This document shows positions 1-10,358 of a stretch of DNA of 64,000 nt, one piece after another. Source of the stretch: a virus (Duplodnaviria > Heunggongvirae > Uroviricota > Caudoviricetes). The position numbers and the translations under genes are program-made. The notes beneath the pieces are model-generated. The model was not told the origin of the DNA and ran no database searches. It saw only the letters and a list, made by a program, of their open reading frames with translations. Position 1 is the first letter of the stretch, and each line of letters begins with the position of its first letter. Location: IMG/VR virus record IMGVR_UViG_3300037882_002341, positions 128,958-192,957 of that record; one strand, written 5' to 3'.

Positions 1-179
1 GATAAATCCCATAGACGGAGTCTTGTCTTCGTGATCAGGATTGATGCATTTAAAAAGCGGATTAGTCTCTCTAGACCAGTTTTCCGGAAGCACACTATGC
101 TTTATTAAATACTCGGGTAGCTTGGGACGTAGCTCTTCAATAATATCGTTAAGTTCCTTATTACCATAATCTACTCGCA

Positions 180-569
180 CTAGTTTCTCCTCAACTTGTC
201 TTGGATTACCCGAAGGGTTCTCCTATATGTCCTTGTCGGAATACCGTGGTCATCGCCATGGTAGAGAAGAAAAAGGAGCCACCTTTCTTGAAAGGTGAGC
301 TCCTCAAACTTCTCCGAACAAGTTACACCAACTACCCATGCCATGTCAATTTCGACGTCATTAGAAACTCTAATTTTAGGTTCCACGGGCTCAAAAGGTA
401 GGAGGCTTAATGCATGAAGTTCTTTAAGCTCCATCTTATAAATCTGTTTCTTAAGATTCTTTCCCCTTAATCCCTGTAGTCTAAGCAGTCTGGCATAACA
501 GAGCTTATCATCAGACCATCGCGGTCTCTTCACAAAGTGTCCTAACATGTGTAACAAAGTTTTCAACAA
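180..569 (-). CDS. hypothetical protein
   Basis: 129-aa ORF in the minus-strand gene array; no recognisable motif. Confidence 0.35.
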   Translation of the reverse strand: MLKTLLHMLGHFVKRPRWSDDKLCYARLLRLQGLRGKNLKKQIYKMELKELHALSLLPFEPVEPKIRVSNDVEIDMAWVVGVTCSEKFEELTFQERWLLFLLYHGDDHGIPTRTYRRTLRVIQDKLRRN

Positions 570-1731
570 ATATCTCAGACCCAGCTTTCCTCATAACTCT
601 CTCTTTTACTTCCGTGGATCTTAATGACCACTGCTCGAATGAACTTGTATCACCCGCTTTTGCTCTTTGTTTCAAGCTAGCAAGTTTCTTTAGTTCATCT
701 ATGGCAGCCTTCTCATCAATGTTGTACCAAAACTGGTTACTATCATAGGTTGACATACCAAGACATGGAGAAAAGGAACCAGGAAGAAGATAGTTGTTAC
801 CCAAAAATTCTATGTGACCACCATACTCACCGGCTATAACAGGTACACCAGCAGCAGCTGCCATAGCTGCTGGCACATTAAAGCCCTCTCCCCGACTAGG
901 ACAGAAGTAAATATCTATGGTGTTAAAGAACTTCTGCACCTCAATATCCGTAAGCTTCTCTGTAATAAGAAAGATATCCGGAGGAGAAGATAAACGACAA
1001 CTATCACGTACAACCTTAGCTGCTTTTATAACCTGAGAATCGTCGTTAAATTTTGAGCTACTATAAGTCTTGAGCAAACCAACAACATTCTTATTGCCAT
1101 TAAACGCAATAGAGACATCTCTAATAAATGCCTCAACGTTCTTTCTCGGAGTCCACTGGGCCATATAACCTATAACGACAGGTCTTGAAGAAACATCTAG
1201 AAAGTTACCACTCTTCTCGCTCTTTACAAGACCACCTACATTCAACTCACCCAGTGATTCCTCACAAGGGAAAACCGGTCCAGTTATAACCCTTACCGGG
1301 ATACTCACACCGGAATCTTTGAATGCATACATTGCAAAAGGACTTCCGGTCATTACGAGATCACACTTATTGAGCACCTTTACCCAATTAGAAGACTCAT
1401 CACCATTAACAGCATAATCTCTTATCCTAGTTGTCTCCCACTGGACAAAGGCAACTGTTTTAATACCAGGAGTAGGAGCAATGAAATGGGCTGGTTCAAA
1501 GAATACCCTAACATCAATATCACCTATGTTTCTGTTAAGATATGTCTCATACATCTCCCTGTCAGAATCATTAAACAGTACAACAGATTCTTCTTTTCTA
1601 CGAGACACTACTCTTAGCTTAATACCCTGTTCCTCTAAGCCGTGCAAGTGGAATGCTTTGACCATTGATCTGGCATGTGCTGCGTAACCCGCAGCGCTCT
1701 CCAAATCGCACACAAATTCTAAATTGATCAT
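511..1731 (-). CDS. glycosyltransferase, GT-B fold (GT4-like)
   Basis: 406 aa. C-terminal PSRGEGFNVPAAMAAAAGVPVIAGEYGGH resembles the nucleotide-sugar binding E-x7-E region of retaining GT4 enzymes. The 3' end overlaps 180..569, so the true start may be an internal Met. Confidence 0.55.
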   Translation of the reverse strand: MINLEFVCDLESAAGYAAHARSMVKAFHLHGLEEQGIKLRVVSRRKEESVVLFNDSDREMYETYLNRNIGDIDVRVFFEPAHFIAPTPGIKTVAFVQWETTRIRDYAVNGDESSNWVKVLNKCDLVMTGSPFAMYAFKDSGVSIPVRVITGPVFPCEESLGELNVGGLVKSEKSGNFLDVSSRPVVIGYMAQWTPRKNVEAFIRDVSIAFNGNKNVVGLLKTYSSSKFNDDSQVIKAAKVVRDSCRLSSPPDIFLITEKLTDIEVQKFFNTIDIYFCPSRGEGFNVPAAMAAAAGVPVIAGEYGGHIEFLGNNYLLPGSFSPCLGMSTYDSNQFWYNIDEKAAIDELKKLASLKQRAKAGDTSSFEQWSLRSTEVKERVMRKAGSEIFVENFVTHVRTLCEETAMV

Positions 1732-1733
1732 CC

Positions 1734-2291
1734 CTACTTCCTTAATAGCTCAATAATATCCCTAAGCTCTTTTATTGACCTATCTATATCTGCCATAGCA
1801 CGATGCACTTTTGGATTATTCGGGAAAGGTAAACCCAACATCGTTAACACAGGATAAAGAGAGGACACATCCATAACCCTATAGTGCAATCGCTCGGATA
1901 TCAGAGGGGCGAACCACTCTAGCCACTTCTTGTCAAAGTGTATAGAAGATCCGGCAAGCACCAACTCTTCACTCTTAATATTAAATTTGGGTAACTTCTT
2001 ATCAAAGAAAGCCACTACATCATTTTCCACTTGATCACAAGTAACGTAACTGCGAGCACTCTCTTCAAGTAGGCCATTCTCCGTATGCATATCATAGACA
2101 AATCTACAACTATGCTTCAGGGCTGCCCACTCCGATCGACTATGATGAACAACTCTTTCATACTCCCACAAAGAATTAAGATCAAATGTGGTTAATCTAA
2201 AAGCAAACTCGAGGATCTTATCCCCCTTGTAGGGCTCAAGACCCGTTGTTTCTAAATCACACCAGAGAAAAGCAGATGGATTAAGAGGCAT
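1734..2291 (-). CDS. orn: DEDDh 3'-5' exonuclease, oligoribonuclease (Orn)-like
   Basis: FLWCDLETTGLEP (Exo I), HYRVMDVSSL and HRAMADIDRSIKEL (Exo III with catalytic His) are colinear with bacterial oligoribonuclease. 185 aa. Confidence 0.7.
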   Translation of the reverse strand: MPLNPSAFLWCDLETTGLEPYKGDKILEFAFRLTTFDLNSLWEYERVVHHSRSEWAALKHSCRFVYDMHTENGLLEESARSYVTCDQVENDVVAFFDKKLPKFNIKSEELVLAGSSIHFDKKWLEWFAPLISERLHYRVMDVSSLYPVLTMLGLPFPNNPKVHRAMADIDRSIKELRDIIELLRK

Positions 2292-2733
2292 GTAAAGTCT
2301 CCAGGGTATTAAATTGATCTGTAATAGAGACTTCCACCTCTATTATTCTAAAGTGTGGTGACTTCAAAGTCTCATCTGGTAAATTAATATCAAACTTATC
2401 TCTAAAAAGAGTTGCATTAAAAATATCTTCGGTCCAGTGCCAACAACCGAAAGCATTGCGATCATTGCTAAGATAAACCTGTCTAGAATTTTCTTTTACA
2501 AGAGTATTTACTGCAATATATCTTATGGACACCGCATCTATAACCGGAATCGGTCTAACATCATTTACACTTACATGAGCCTCACACACTTGATATCCAA
2601 GAAGATCCTTGGATATCTCCATAGCAGCAAACTTATAGTCAAAAAGCGTTGCATCAATTACAAATGGCTGATCATCACTATCCTGACGATAAAATTGACC
2701 AGAGATTCTATTCCTAAGAACAAATCTTTGCAT
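2281..2733 (-). CDS. hypothetical protein
   Basis: 150-aa ORF, start/stop-coupled to its neighbours; no motif recognised. Confidence 0.4.
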   Translation of the reverse strand: MQRFVLRNRISGQFYRQDSDDQPFVIDATLFDYKFAAMEISKDLLGYQVCEAHVSVNDVRPIPVIDAVSIRYIAVNTLVKENSRQVYLSNDRNAFGCWHWTEDIFNATLFRDKFDINLPDETLKSPHFRIIEVEVSITDQFNTLETLHAS

Positions 2734-3146
2734 TACTTTACCTCTGTTTTATTATCCTGAGTTACATGAGTAATCGAATATTGAGGATTCACAAGAGGAC
2801 CAGACAATTCATACTTACTCTGAGTATATGAAACCTTAAACTCACGCTCAGAAACACTACGACCAGTGGGCACAACAAAAGATTCAACTTCTATAACGCG
2901 ACAACGACTAATTACAGATGGATAAATTTCCGTAAGTTTTTTCGCCGTGGACATAGCATGTCCAATGGAGTCGTATTGTTTCGCATATCCAAGGAAAGGT
3001 GTCAATAGACGAGGATTATATTTTCTGGACAACGATGGACCAATAAAATAAGATACAGCTCCAGACAGATGCATCACCTCAATAACAACTCTTATCGAGG
3101 TTGTAGCCCCTTTGTTTTCAAATGCTATTCTGACAGGATTTCTCAT
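2733..3146 (-). CDS. hypothetical protein
   Basis: 137-aa ORF, start overlaps upstream stop; no motif recognised. Confidence 0.4.
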   Translation of the reverse strand: MRNPVRIAFENKGATTSIRVVIEVMHLSGAVSYFIGPSLSRKYNPRLLTPFLGYAKQYDSIGHAMSTAKKLTEIYPSVISRCRVIEVESFVVPTGRSVSEREFKVSYTQSKYELSGPLVNPQYSITHVTQDNKTEVK

Positions 3147-4462
3147 TATATTCTTACCCCAACAGTCTCAACCAAGGGAATCTCATCTACCAATCTCATA
3201 ACATTCAACCACTGCTCAGCGATTAAATTATGATCAAAGTTCTTCTTAGCTATATCTCTTAAGATAGCACTCTTACCGGCCCAATAATCCCTGGATCTAT
3301 AAGAGTTATAGAACGCTTCCAGGCCCTCAGATATGTCCGGATACACCCATCTTATGTTATTAACAGGACAGGGTTCCCATCCAGTATAACCAACAGCCAC
3401 ACCGTGGCAGATACGACCTATCTCCCCGCAGCCTGCGTAATCCGTATAAACCGTAGGAATTCCACATGCCGTTGCTTCAATAATGGGAACACCAAATCCC
3501 TCTGATCCAGATAGCATACTGAGTATGTCGGAGATTTGGTATATCCTTGCCATTTGATCTGGTGGCAAGCCACGTTGATCAGAATAGCCAACTGTCTTTA
3601 ATACATGCTCAGCTATATTCCATTGCTTCTCAAGCAGATCAAAGTTCCATCTTGTGCCATCATTACCACTATGTACCCACAATTTAACGGGTATCCTATC
3701 AGCATAGACCTCAATACTCTTATCATCTTTATGTCTTCTAGCTACGGGATCCCACTCTAATCTCCGAGGTCTGTTCTCTCTGGTCCAGCCCCAAGCACCA
3801 GTGCTAAGATAGTGTATGATCTCAAAGGGAATCCATGGTCTCTTCCTTGCCTGATTCCTGCCGATATAAGAGATAAGATAGTCATCACTAGAGACAGTCC
3901 CATTAGTTACTTCTTTACGAAGTGCATCTCTTTCCTGTCTACTCACAGGATGAAAGACATCAAGATCAACTCCATGATAGATTACGGTGTAATCATCCCC
4001 TGTAATCTCTTTCCACTTATCGGCTGTGTACTTTGTAATAGCTACTGTCTTATCAGCTCCCTGTATGTAGGGGATATTTTCCCTATCAACAGGTTCCCCT
4101 TCCGATAGAGTCCAACGCACTAACTTAAAACCAAATCTACGCTTGTATGCATCTATATATTTCGACATATAGATGTCACCAAGATTCCACACAATCGTTG
4201 GCTTAAACTTAGTAAGCACGGCCTCAAAGGTTTCAGCACCCCACTTGTCTTCCTCTAAGAAACCTATCTTACCATCTTTCCTCTGTCCACTTTGGGTTGG
4301 CCATAGTTTCCATGTAACATCGTCCATGGATGGAACATTGAGCCAAGCATGCTGCTCCATCTGAAACTCACCAGACTTCAAGAGTCTTGTCCAAAGCTCC
4401 CTAATAATAGTTCCATAGGAAGCATGGGTTCTTGGAGAATAACCGGTAACCAAAACACGCAT
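3146..4462 (-). CDS. glycosyltransferase, GT-B fold (GT4-like)
   Basis: 438 aa. SGSEGFGVPIIEATACGIPTVYTDYAGCGEI is a GT4-type donor-binding segment. Confidence 0.5.
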   Translation of the reverse strand: MRVLVTGYSPRTHASYGTIIRELWTRLLKSGEFQMEQHAWLNVPSMDDVTWKLWPTQSGQRKDGKIGFLEEDKWGAETFEAVLTKFKPTIVWNLGDIYMSKYIDAYKRRFGFKLVRWTLSEGEPVDRENIPYIQGADKTVAITKYTADKWKEITGDDYTVIYHGVDLDVFHPVSRQERDALRKEVTNGTVSSDDYLISYIGRNQARKRPWIPFEIIHYLSTGAWGWTRENRPRRLEWDPVARRHKDDKSIEVYADRIPVKLWVHSGNDGTRWNFDLLEKQWNIAEHVLKTVGYSDQRGLPPDQMARIYQISDILSMLSGSEGFGVPIIEATACGIPTVYTDYAGCGEIGRICHGVAVGYTGWEPCPVNNIRWVYPDISEGLEAFYNSYRSRDYWAGKSAILRDIAKKNFDHNLIAEQWLNVMRLVDEIPLVETVGVRI

Positions 4463-4665
4463 TATTTATCCTTGAGTGTAATTTCACTATCGGCGTCAAC
4501 TTCACAACCACATCTAGAACACTTGTGACTAACTAACTTATAGTAAAAGGACTCTTTACCATCTGTTTCTTCTGTGGTCTTAGATTCCTTGGTGTTATAA
4601 AGAGAACAAGCCTCTCTCAAGAACGCAACTGTTCTACTGAAGAAAGAAACTCTTTCTTGTGCCAT
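4462..4665 (-). CDS. small Cys-rich protein (possible zinc ribbon)
   Basis: 67 aa; C-terminal HKCSRCGC cluster. Confidence 0.3.
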   Translation of the reverse strand: MAQERVSFFSRTVAFLREACSLYNTKESKTTEETDGKESFYYKLVSHKCSRCGCEVDADSEITLKDK

Positions 4666-5444
4666 GGCACTTCTCCATATCTTGCGTATTTAATCTGACA
4701 AGACCGATCATAAGGACAAGTTCTACAGTTAGCCTTAATGGGCTGCGGAACATAAATACCGTGTCTCATGCCCTGTATGGCGGCACCAGCCAGGGTCTCA
4801 AATTCATACTTGTCCTCTGGACCAACAGAGTACTCCTCAATCTTACGAGACCAGGGGTCTACGTTAACAATAGATACCGGGGATGTCTTAAGACCTTCTG
4901 TTAGCTGTCTAAAAGATCCGTAAGCAAAGCCCTCTCTAATCCTTTCCCATGCAGATCTAGAAGAAGGGCGCTGGGATATTGTCACAACGCCAAAACGAAG
5001 CTCTTGTCTTGACTCCACACTAAAAGCAATGAAGCCATCTAAATCACCAACGACCACATCATCTCCAATGGGATAAGAACAAGACACAGGTCCTAAGATT
5101 GGTCTATCTACAAGATGATTTATCTTCTCGTGAAATCTTCTTATCATTACCAGACCAAAGTTAAGATGCACAGCCCAGTTAATATCACCAGAGAACAATC
5201 CCAATTGATCATATTCAACAAGAGTCTTCTTAAATACTTTTGTGGCTTTGTCCAGTGCCAAACTAGGGCTTGCTATCTTATTGGTACCTTGACTCAGGTA
5301 AGCTCGTATAGCATTCTTAGAAGCAATACAAATCGCTTCTCGCGCATCAACAACCTTCTCCTCTGCTCCCCACTTCTTATATCTGAGACGCAAAGGACAC
5401 TTACAATAAGTAATAATGTCTTCTAAATCAAATACATTAGACAT
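4617..5444 (-). CDS. PD-(D/E)XK nuclease with Fe-S cysteine cluster (Cas4/RecB-nuclease-like)
   Basis: N-terminal YCKCP plus C-terminal CRTCPYDRSC gives the C...CxxC...C arrangement of Cas4/AddB-type 4Fe-4S nucleases. 275 aa. Confidence 0.45.
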   Translation of the reverse strand: MSNVFDLEDIITYCKCPLRLRYKKWGAEEKVVDAREAICIASKNAIRAYLSQGTNKIASPSLALDKATKVFKKTLVEYDQLGLFSGDINWAVHLNFGLVMIRRFHEKINHLVDRPILGPVSCSYPIGDDVVVGDLDGFIAFSVESRQELRFGVVTISQRPSSRSAWERIREGFAYGSFRQLTEGLKTSPVSIVNVDPWSRKIEEYSVGPEDKYEFETLAGAAIQGMRHGIYVPQPIKANCRTCPYDRSCQIKYARYGEVPWHKKEFLSSVEQLRS

Positions 5445-6084
5445 TTGTTCCAGGGCTAAGAGGAGCCGGAGGAGATCCCCTTCTTCTTAAAGGCCTCTGT
5501 AGAGCCTTCCATGGATCTTCTTCATGTGAGACAACCTGACCAGCATCAGACTTATTTTTCTCCTCAAAAACCTCGGGGACATTAGGCTGTAGACTAGTAA
5601 CAACCTGACTAGCTATAGCATCAAGATCTCCTACACTAAGATCCGTAGGATCATCTGACTCATGGATAAGAGTTGTTGGATTCTCTGCTGTGCCACCATC
5701 CTGGAGTGGAAAGTTATCTTCATCCAGATATCTCATATTGATGGGCATGGGTAGGTTACTATTATTAGCAATAGGTTCCTCTACCGTATAGAATCCTTTC
5801 TTCTTGAAAGCAAGAACAACCTGCCACAAAGTAATATAGCCTCTAAGATCACACCATGGGTCTTCTCCGGCAGCCTCTCCACGGATGATTCTACTAAGCT
5901 TGTCGTCTATTCTGGCAAAAATAATGTCAAGAGGATCTCCCTTGCTAGCGATGGCTATTGGGGCAAGAGCCTGACCACCATACGCTGTATTCTTAGCGCA
6001 AAGAAAGTCCGCTAATCTTTGACACTCTTGTCTGATCTCTTCATTCTGCTCCGCAAGAGTGGGCACTTTAAGATTTGGTTTCAT
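5437..6084 (-). CDS. hypothetical protein
   Basis: 215-aa ORF; acidic Pro-rich N-terminal half; no motif recognised. Confidence 0.4.
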   Translation of the reverse strand: MKPNLKVPTLAEQNEEIRQECQRLADFLCAKNTAYGGQALAPIAIASKGDPLDIIFARIDDKLSRIIRGEAAGEDPWCDLRGYITLWQVVLAFKKKGFYTVEEPIANNSNLPMPINMRYLDEDNFPLQDGGTAENPTTLIHESDDPTDLSVGDLDAIASQVVTSLQPNVPEVFEEKNKSDAGQVVSHEEDPWKALQRPLRRRGSPPAPLSPGTNV

Positions 6085-6094
6085 ATTTTCCTAT

Positions 6095-6667
6095 CTACGC
6101 CAGCTTAACAAGTGCCTTAGGTGGTACACCAATACACTTTGGTAGTCTGGCATTACTTCCCACACAAACTGCATGGAACCTATATGTAAAAGGAATATCA
6201 CGGCCAGGTATCATAGCCATTTTGGCCTGCTCAATGGCATCCACAAAGAACATAGACATCTCTTTGTTCTTATGCCGTACCTCTAGCGTATTAACAATAG
6301 ACAAGTCAGTAAAGAGCGGGTACCGAAGATACTTCTGAAAATTATCAATCTGTACCCAGTGCCAGTTGTCTCTCGTTACAAGTATGGGTAACAGACCCTG
6401 ACTCTTGACTGCGGGTTCCTTGGAAAGACAAGCCAGTTCTTGCATCATCCAAGAATTAGACGATGCACCATTACTTGTATACTTGCATTCTATAATAAAA
6501 GCAAAATCTCTTTTTATAGAACACTCTTTTGTCCCATCCCACTCTGCACCGTCTACAAAGACATCTGTTTGTACCTCACCCTGTACTCTATCGATACCAT
6601 GTAGAGCACGCCGAGTCCCAAAGAACTCGGCGGTCTCACGTTCATGTCTTTTCCAACTCATATCCAT
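6095..6667 (-). CDS. putative PD-(D/E)XK-fold nuclease
   Basis: VDGAEWDG ... DFAFIIECKY gives a D ... E-x-K arrangement. 190 aa. Weak call. Confidence 0.3.
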   Translation of the reverse strand: MDMSWKRHERETAEFFGTRRALHGIDRVQGEVQTDVFVDGAEWDGTKECSIKRDFAFIIECKYTSNGASSNSWMMQELACLSKEPAVKSQGLLPILVTRDNWHWVQIDNFQKYLRYPLFTDLSIVNTLEVRHKNKEMSMFFVDAIEQAKMAMIPGRDIPFTYRFHAVCVGSNARLPKCIGVPPKALVKLA

Positions 6668-6673
6668 GACTTA

Positions 6674-7330
6674 TTATCTTCCTGGAACTGAACCAAAGGA
6701 AGCGAAGGGATCATTATCGCTAGCCTTAGTGTTGGTAGGTGTCGCGCTTATGCTTAAAGCATCATCGAGTCTTGGATCACCTTCCATGTAGACATTGCCC
6801 TTGGTATCAGAGAAATATCTCTTACCCGATCTTCTATCTACGCTGGTGGTCCAACCAGCAGGGAGAACACCTGCAACAGCATTAGGCAGCACAGGCGCAG
6901 TAGTGGCGGGAGCCATAGCCCCCCTAGCAGAAGGGATACTGGGAGCCAGAGAAGAACCATCGTCATCAGGAGACTCGTTATTCTTACCACCATTCTGTAG
7001 CCATGTAGTATACGCAGCTACACATTCGTTCTGGAAAGCCTTAAACTTTTCATCCGTATTGCTAGTTACATTTCTGTTGCTGTCATAGGTTCTTGGCCAG
7101 AACTGAACATAGTTCCCATACACAGCCTTACCAGTCTGAGGATTGGTCTTGTTTGTCTTATACTGCGGACCACTGGCGAAGAGACCATTACGCCCATCTC
7201 TAATTTGCCACCCACGAGTTCTGACAATACAGGTACTATCTACCCAAAACTCAACAGTCATATTGGCTAAGGCGCCAGCCTGTTTCTCGGAAGCCTGAAA
7301 GAACTCAAACTTAAATCTTGCTTGTGCCAT
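6674..7330 (-). CDS. hypothetical protein (Ala/Pro-rich middle)
   Basis: 218 aa, immediately downstream of recA; function not recognisable. Confidence 0.35.
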   Translation of the reverse strand: MAQARFKFEFFQASEKQAGALANMTVEFWVDSTCIVRTRGWQIRDGRNGLFASGPQYKTNKTNPQTGKAVYGNYVQFWPRTYDSNRNVTSNTDEKFKAFQNECVAAYTTWLQNGGKNNESPDDDGSSLAPSIPSARGAMAPATTAPVLPNAVAGVLPAGWTTSVDRRSGKRYFSDTKGNVYMEGDPRLDDALSISATPTNTKASDNDPFASFGSVPGR

Positions 7331-7341
7331 TATTAAATTCC

Positions 7342-8691
7342 TTATTTCTTAATGTTTTCTTCATACATTACAGCACTTAGATCGTTCTCTATCTTTATTC
7401 TCTCTACTGGATGGGTCTCGAGCCACTCAATAGCTTTAGCTTGCCCTTGTCCAATACTCTCTCCGTTGTACTTAAACCAAGAGCCAGACTGCTCTATGAT
7501 CTTAAAGCCAACGGCAGTGTTGAACAGTGACATTAAGGTCTCAAACCCCACACCAATCATAAATGGTAAAGCCACCTTATGTCCATCATATGGACTTCTA
7601 GCTTTACGCAGTGTGGCCACAACGAAGTAGCCAGTATGAATCTTGCGAATCTCTCCGTCTTTACATCTAATCTCCTTTTCAAAAGAGGCATCATTCTTTC
7701 TATTAAGATTGATAATGTAGTGTGCAAAGTGTCTAAGACCCAGTCCACCCTTCATTACCTGACCGCCATAGCCACCAATGTCCATCATCATGTGGGCAAT
7801 TAAGAAGCAACAAGTATTAGATTTCAGAATCTCAGGTGCCCAAACCCTTAACATCTGATTAATCTTACGGGCAGAAGTAGCAACGTGATCAGTCCGGATA
7901 TCTACTTCTGCCTGAGTCTTCTTTTCTTTATCTTTCTTGCCCTCAAACTCTACGGCAGGAGCCATAGCGCCTAGAGAATCCACAAGACACATAGTGATCT
8001 TGATACCCTGCTCTCTAGCATGCTTAAGAATGCGTACACCATGCGTAGCCATGTCTTCTAGTGGTAGAGTACCTGGGATCACTATAACCCTGTCCATGGG
8101 CACGCCAAAGCGTGCACACCAGTGTTGATCCACGGCATTCTCAGCATCAAGGATAAGAGCATACTCATCTTCATGAGCAGTAAGCCTTCTGGCAATACAT
8201 TCCATAGCCAGAGTGGTCTTACATGAGCCCTCGCTACCGCAGAGAGCTACAAAGCGTCCATGTGGTGCTCCACCATTCTCGGGAGTACCATCATGACTGA
8301 GTAGAGCATTAAGATTAGGTAAACCAAAAGGGCTTCTCTCGTAATTGATATACTTATCAACAATGTCTGTGGTTGCTCTTCCAACAATCAGATTGGAGTT
8401 TTTGGACAACTCTCCTAGTAGTTGATCTAGCTTTGCATGGGGATTGTCTGATGCCTCTTCTTTAACGACTTCTTTCTTCTTACCTCTCTTGGCCTTCTCA
8501 AGGACTACAACAGCAAGTTCAGGTAGAGCAGCAGCAGTCTCTTCTGCTGTCTCTGCCACAACCTCATCTAATTTCTTACCAAGCTCAGCATCAAGCTCGA
8601 GTTCAGGCTCAGCAACCACAGGATAAGTCGTCACAGAAGTATCCAAGGCATCCTTGTTTTCTTTGTCCCTTTTGTAAATACCCTTTGGCAT
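7342..8691 (-). CDS. recA: RecA-family recombinase with ~140-aa charged N-terminal extension
   Basis: Walker A ALCGSEGSCKTT, ILDAENAVD, L2-like region and C-terminal GSWFKYNGESIGQGQAKAIEWLETHP are colinear with bacterial RecA. 449 aa. Confidence 0.85.
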   Translation of the reverse strand: MPKGIYKRDKENKDALDTSVTTYPVVAEPELELDAELGKKLDEVVAETAEETAAALPELAVVVLEKAKRGKKKEVVKEEASDNPHAKLDQLLGELSKNSNLIVGRATTDIVDKYINYERSPFGLPNLNALLSHDGTPENGGAPHGRFVALCGSEGSCKTTLAMECIARRLTAHEDEYALILDAENAVDQHWCARFGVPMDRVIVIPGTLPLEDMATHGVRILKHAREQGIKITMCLVDSLGAMAPAVEFEGKKDKEKKTQAEVDIRTDHVATSARKINQMLRVWAPEILKSNTCCFLIAHMMMDIGGYGGQVMKGGLGLRHFAHYIINLNRKNDASFEKEIRCKDGEIRKIHTGYFVVATLRKARSPYDGHKVALPFMIGVGFETLMSLFNTAVGFKIIEQSGSWFKYNGESIGQGQAKAIEWLETHPVERIKIENDLSAVMYEENIKK

Positions 8692-9100
8692 TTGATTTCC
8701 TTAATTCAATAACTTCGTTTCTCAAATTAGCAAGATAGTCAAGAGGCACTACAGCCAGTACCTCGTCATTAATAGACTTCCCAAACTGAAGCTCTACCGG
8801 TGGTCGATGAATCACAAGCACGGGTGTCTTGTGATATCTCTCCGCCTGTCTTCTTGTCTGACCCCACCAGGCATCAAGAGCTACCCTCTTGTGGCGCTTG
8901 GCTTCTAAACACAGTTCCGCGGTCAGCCCGTCTCCGTCGCTCCAAGTCTTCCCAGATCCCGAGGTGACCTTCGCGTCCGGGAACGCTTTGCGGATTTGAT
9001 TCTCGAACAACTTCCACTCGGGCTCTGTTGCCATTAAGTCTCTCCAGATAAAAGACCCCACCACAAGAGGGGCATGCCACCTCACTCTTTGGATACACAA
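8609..9100 (-). CDS. hypothetical protein, possible VRR-NUC/PD-(D/E)XK-like nuclease
   Basis: The real start is probably the internal Met near 9030 (MATEPEW...). SDGDG ... ELCLEAK gives a D ... E-x-K pattern. Sits in a locally GC-richer patch. Confidence 0.3.
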   Translation of the reverse strand: MCIQRVRWHAPLVVGSFIWRDLMATEPEWKLFENQIRKAFPDAKVTSGSGKTWSDGDGLTAELCLEAKRHKRVALDAWWGQTRRQAERYHKTPVLVIHRPPVELQFGKSINDEVLAVVPLDYLANLRNEVIELRKSNAKGYLQKGQRKQGCLGYFCDDLSCGC

Positions 9101-9307
9101 TAGGACTGTAGTACGGACTTGTAGGTTTCACTCTACCCATCCCTTTGTAATTATTTCCATTAACTATATTTCTACCAATGGCTGCGCCTATGGCGCTAAC
9201 TAAACCAATAGCAAATGTTCTAAGTAAGAGTTGTGGAAAAGGAAACATAACACCTCCAGCCCTCAGGCTTCTATTTAGAATGTAAAGAGGAAAGGAGGAA
9301 ATAAAGA

Positions 9308-9604
9308 CTATACAATCTTAACTTCTACATCCTTACGACTATTCCTTATGGACTGGAATATCCACTTAATTTGATCAGCTAAATTCACATGTATCTTTGC
9401 GGCATGGTCAAGACTCTCAAAATAGATATCCAGCTCATACATTAGATGCTCACCGTTATCTCCGTCTCCACCGGACTTCCATCCAAACGCATCACCACCG
9501 TGCACAAAATCTATATGAGCAAGTATTTTGTACAGTTCAATAGACATAGGATGGTGAGGAACATCTTTCTCCCAACGATCATTAATGTCTGTGTTAATCT
9601 CCAT
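9308..9604 (-). CDS. hypothetical protein
   Basis: 98-aa ORF coupled to the downstream gene. Confidence 0.4.
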   Translation of the reverse strand: MEINTDINDRWEKDVPHHPMSIELYKILAHIDFVHGGDAFGWKSGGDGDNGEHLMYELDIYFESLDHAAKIHVNLADQIKWIFQSIRNSRKDVEVKIV

Positions 9605-10311
9605 TACAGCTGAGCTCCTGTGCCTTCGGCACGTCTATTCCTACCCGCGACAAAATTCAAGAGTTCCACAAAGTTCCTAATAGAGTGGAAAGAGTTGTAC
9701 AGATACTTCTCCACAAACTCAAGATTGGCAGCTCGTTCTGATAGCTCTGCTGTTACTAATTTAGATAGCTCCTCAGCATCCAGATCAGTAACACGCGCGC
9801 CCTCTTCTGTAGCTGTTTTCTTCGCCTTAATATATGCCTTATTCCTATACCGTTTCTCTTCTGACCTTGCATGCTGAGCTTGAGACTGATATATGGCTAG
9901 CTCTTGAGACAAATCTGTTAAGAAAGCCGCCATCCTAGTTACATCACTGTCAGCAGTTATGTGATCAAAACCCTGCTTGTATTTATCCACTATGGCCTGA
10001 AGCTCATCCAGTACAGGACCATAGCTATCATCATTTCTAACCTCAATAAGAGAAGGCGGCTCAGAAAAACACCTCAGGCTCTCATCTGCCATAAGAACCT
10101 CAATGACAGCATCGATGCCAGGTACTATACTCACCTTACTCTTAAGAGCTTTCCTCGTACTATTTATGATCTTAGAAGTCTTATCGGCTCTGTCTATAAC
10201 AGTGCTGGGATTAGCTCCCTGGGGGATCTCAGGAGAGATAAACTCATCCACAATCTCTACCTCAGGAGCAAGATCAAAGAGACTCTTTACAGGCTTATGT
10301 TCATCGCTCAT
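9604..10311 (-). CDS. hypothetical protein
   Basis: 235-aa ORF; predicted coiled-coil C-terminal half. Confidence 0.4.
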   Translation of the reverse strand: MSDEHKPVKSLFDLAPEVEIVDEFISPEIPQGANPSTVIDRADKTSKIINSTRKALKSKVSIVPGIDAVIEVLMADESLRCFSEPPSLIEVRNDDSYGPVLDELQAIVDKYKQGFDHITADSDVTRMAAFLTDLSQELAIYQSQAQHARSEEKRYRNKAYIKAKKTATEEGARVTDLDAEELSKLVTAELSERAANLEFVEKYLYNSFHSIRNFVELLNFVAGRNRRAEGTGAQL

Positions 10312-10358
10312 AAGTACATCCTAACATAGAGCAGGGACAGTGTTTTTAGTGGCTAGTG

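Noticed and set aside
8874-9248. ORF 8874..9248 (124 aa) overlapping 8609..9100 in another frame
   Set aside because: Both cannot be fully coding. I kept 8609..9100 because its internal-Met product looks globular with a possible nuclease motif. The N-terminal hydrophobic segment of 8874..9248 could still be a real short membrane peptide, so this is uncertain rather than excluded.
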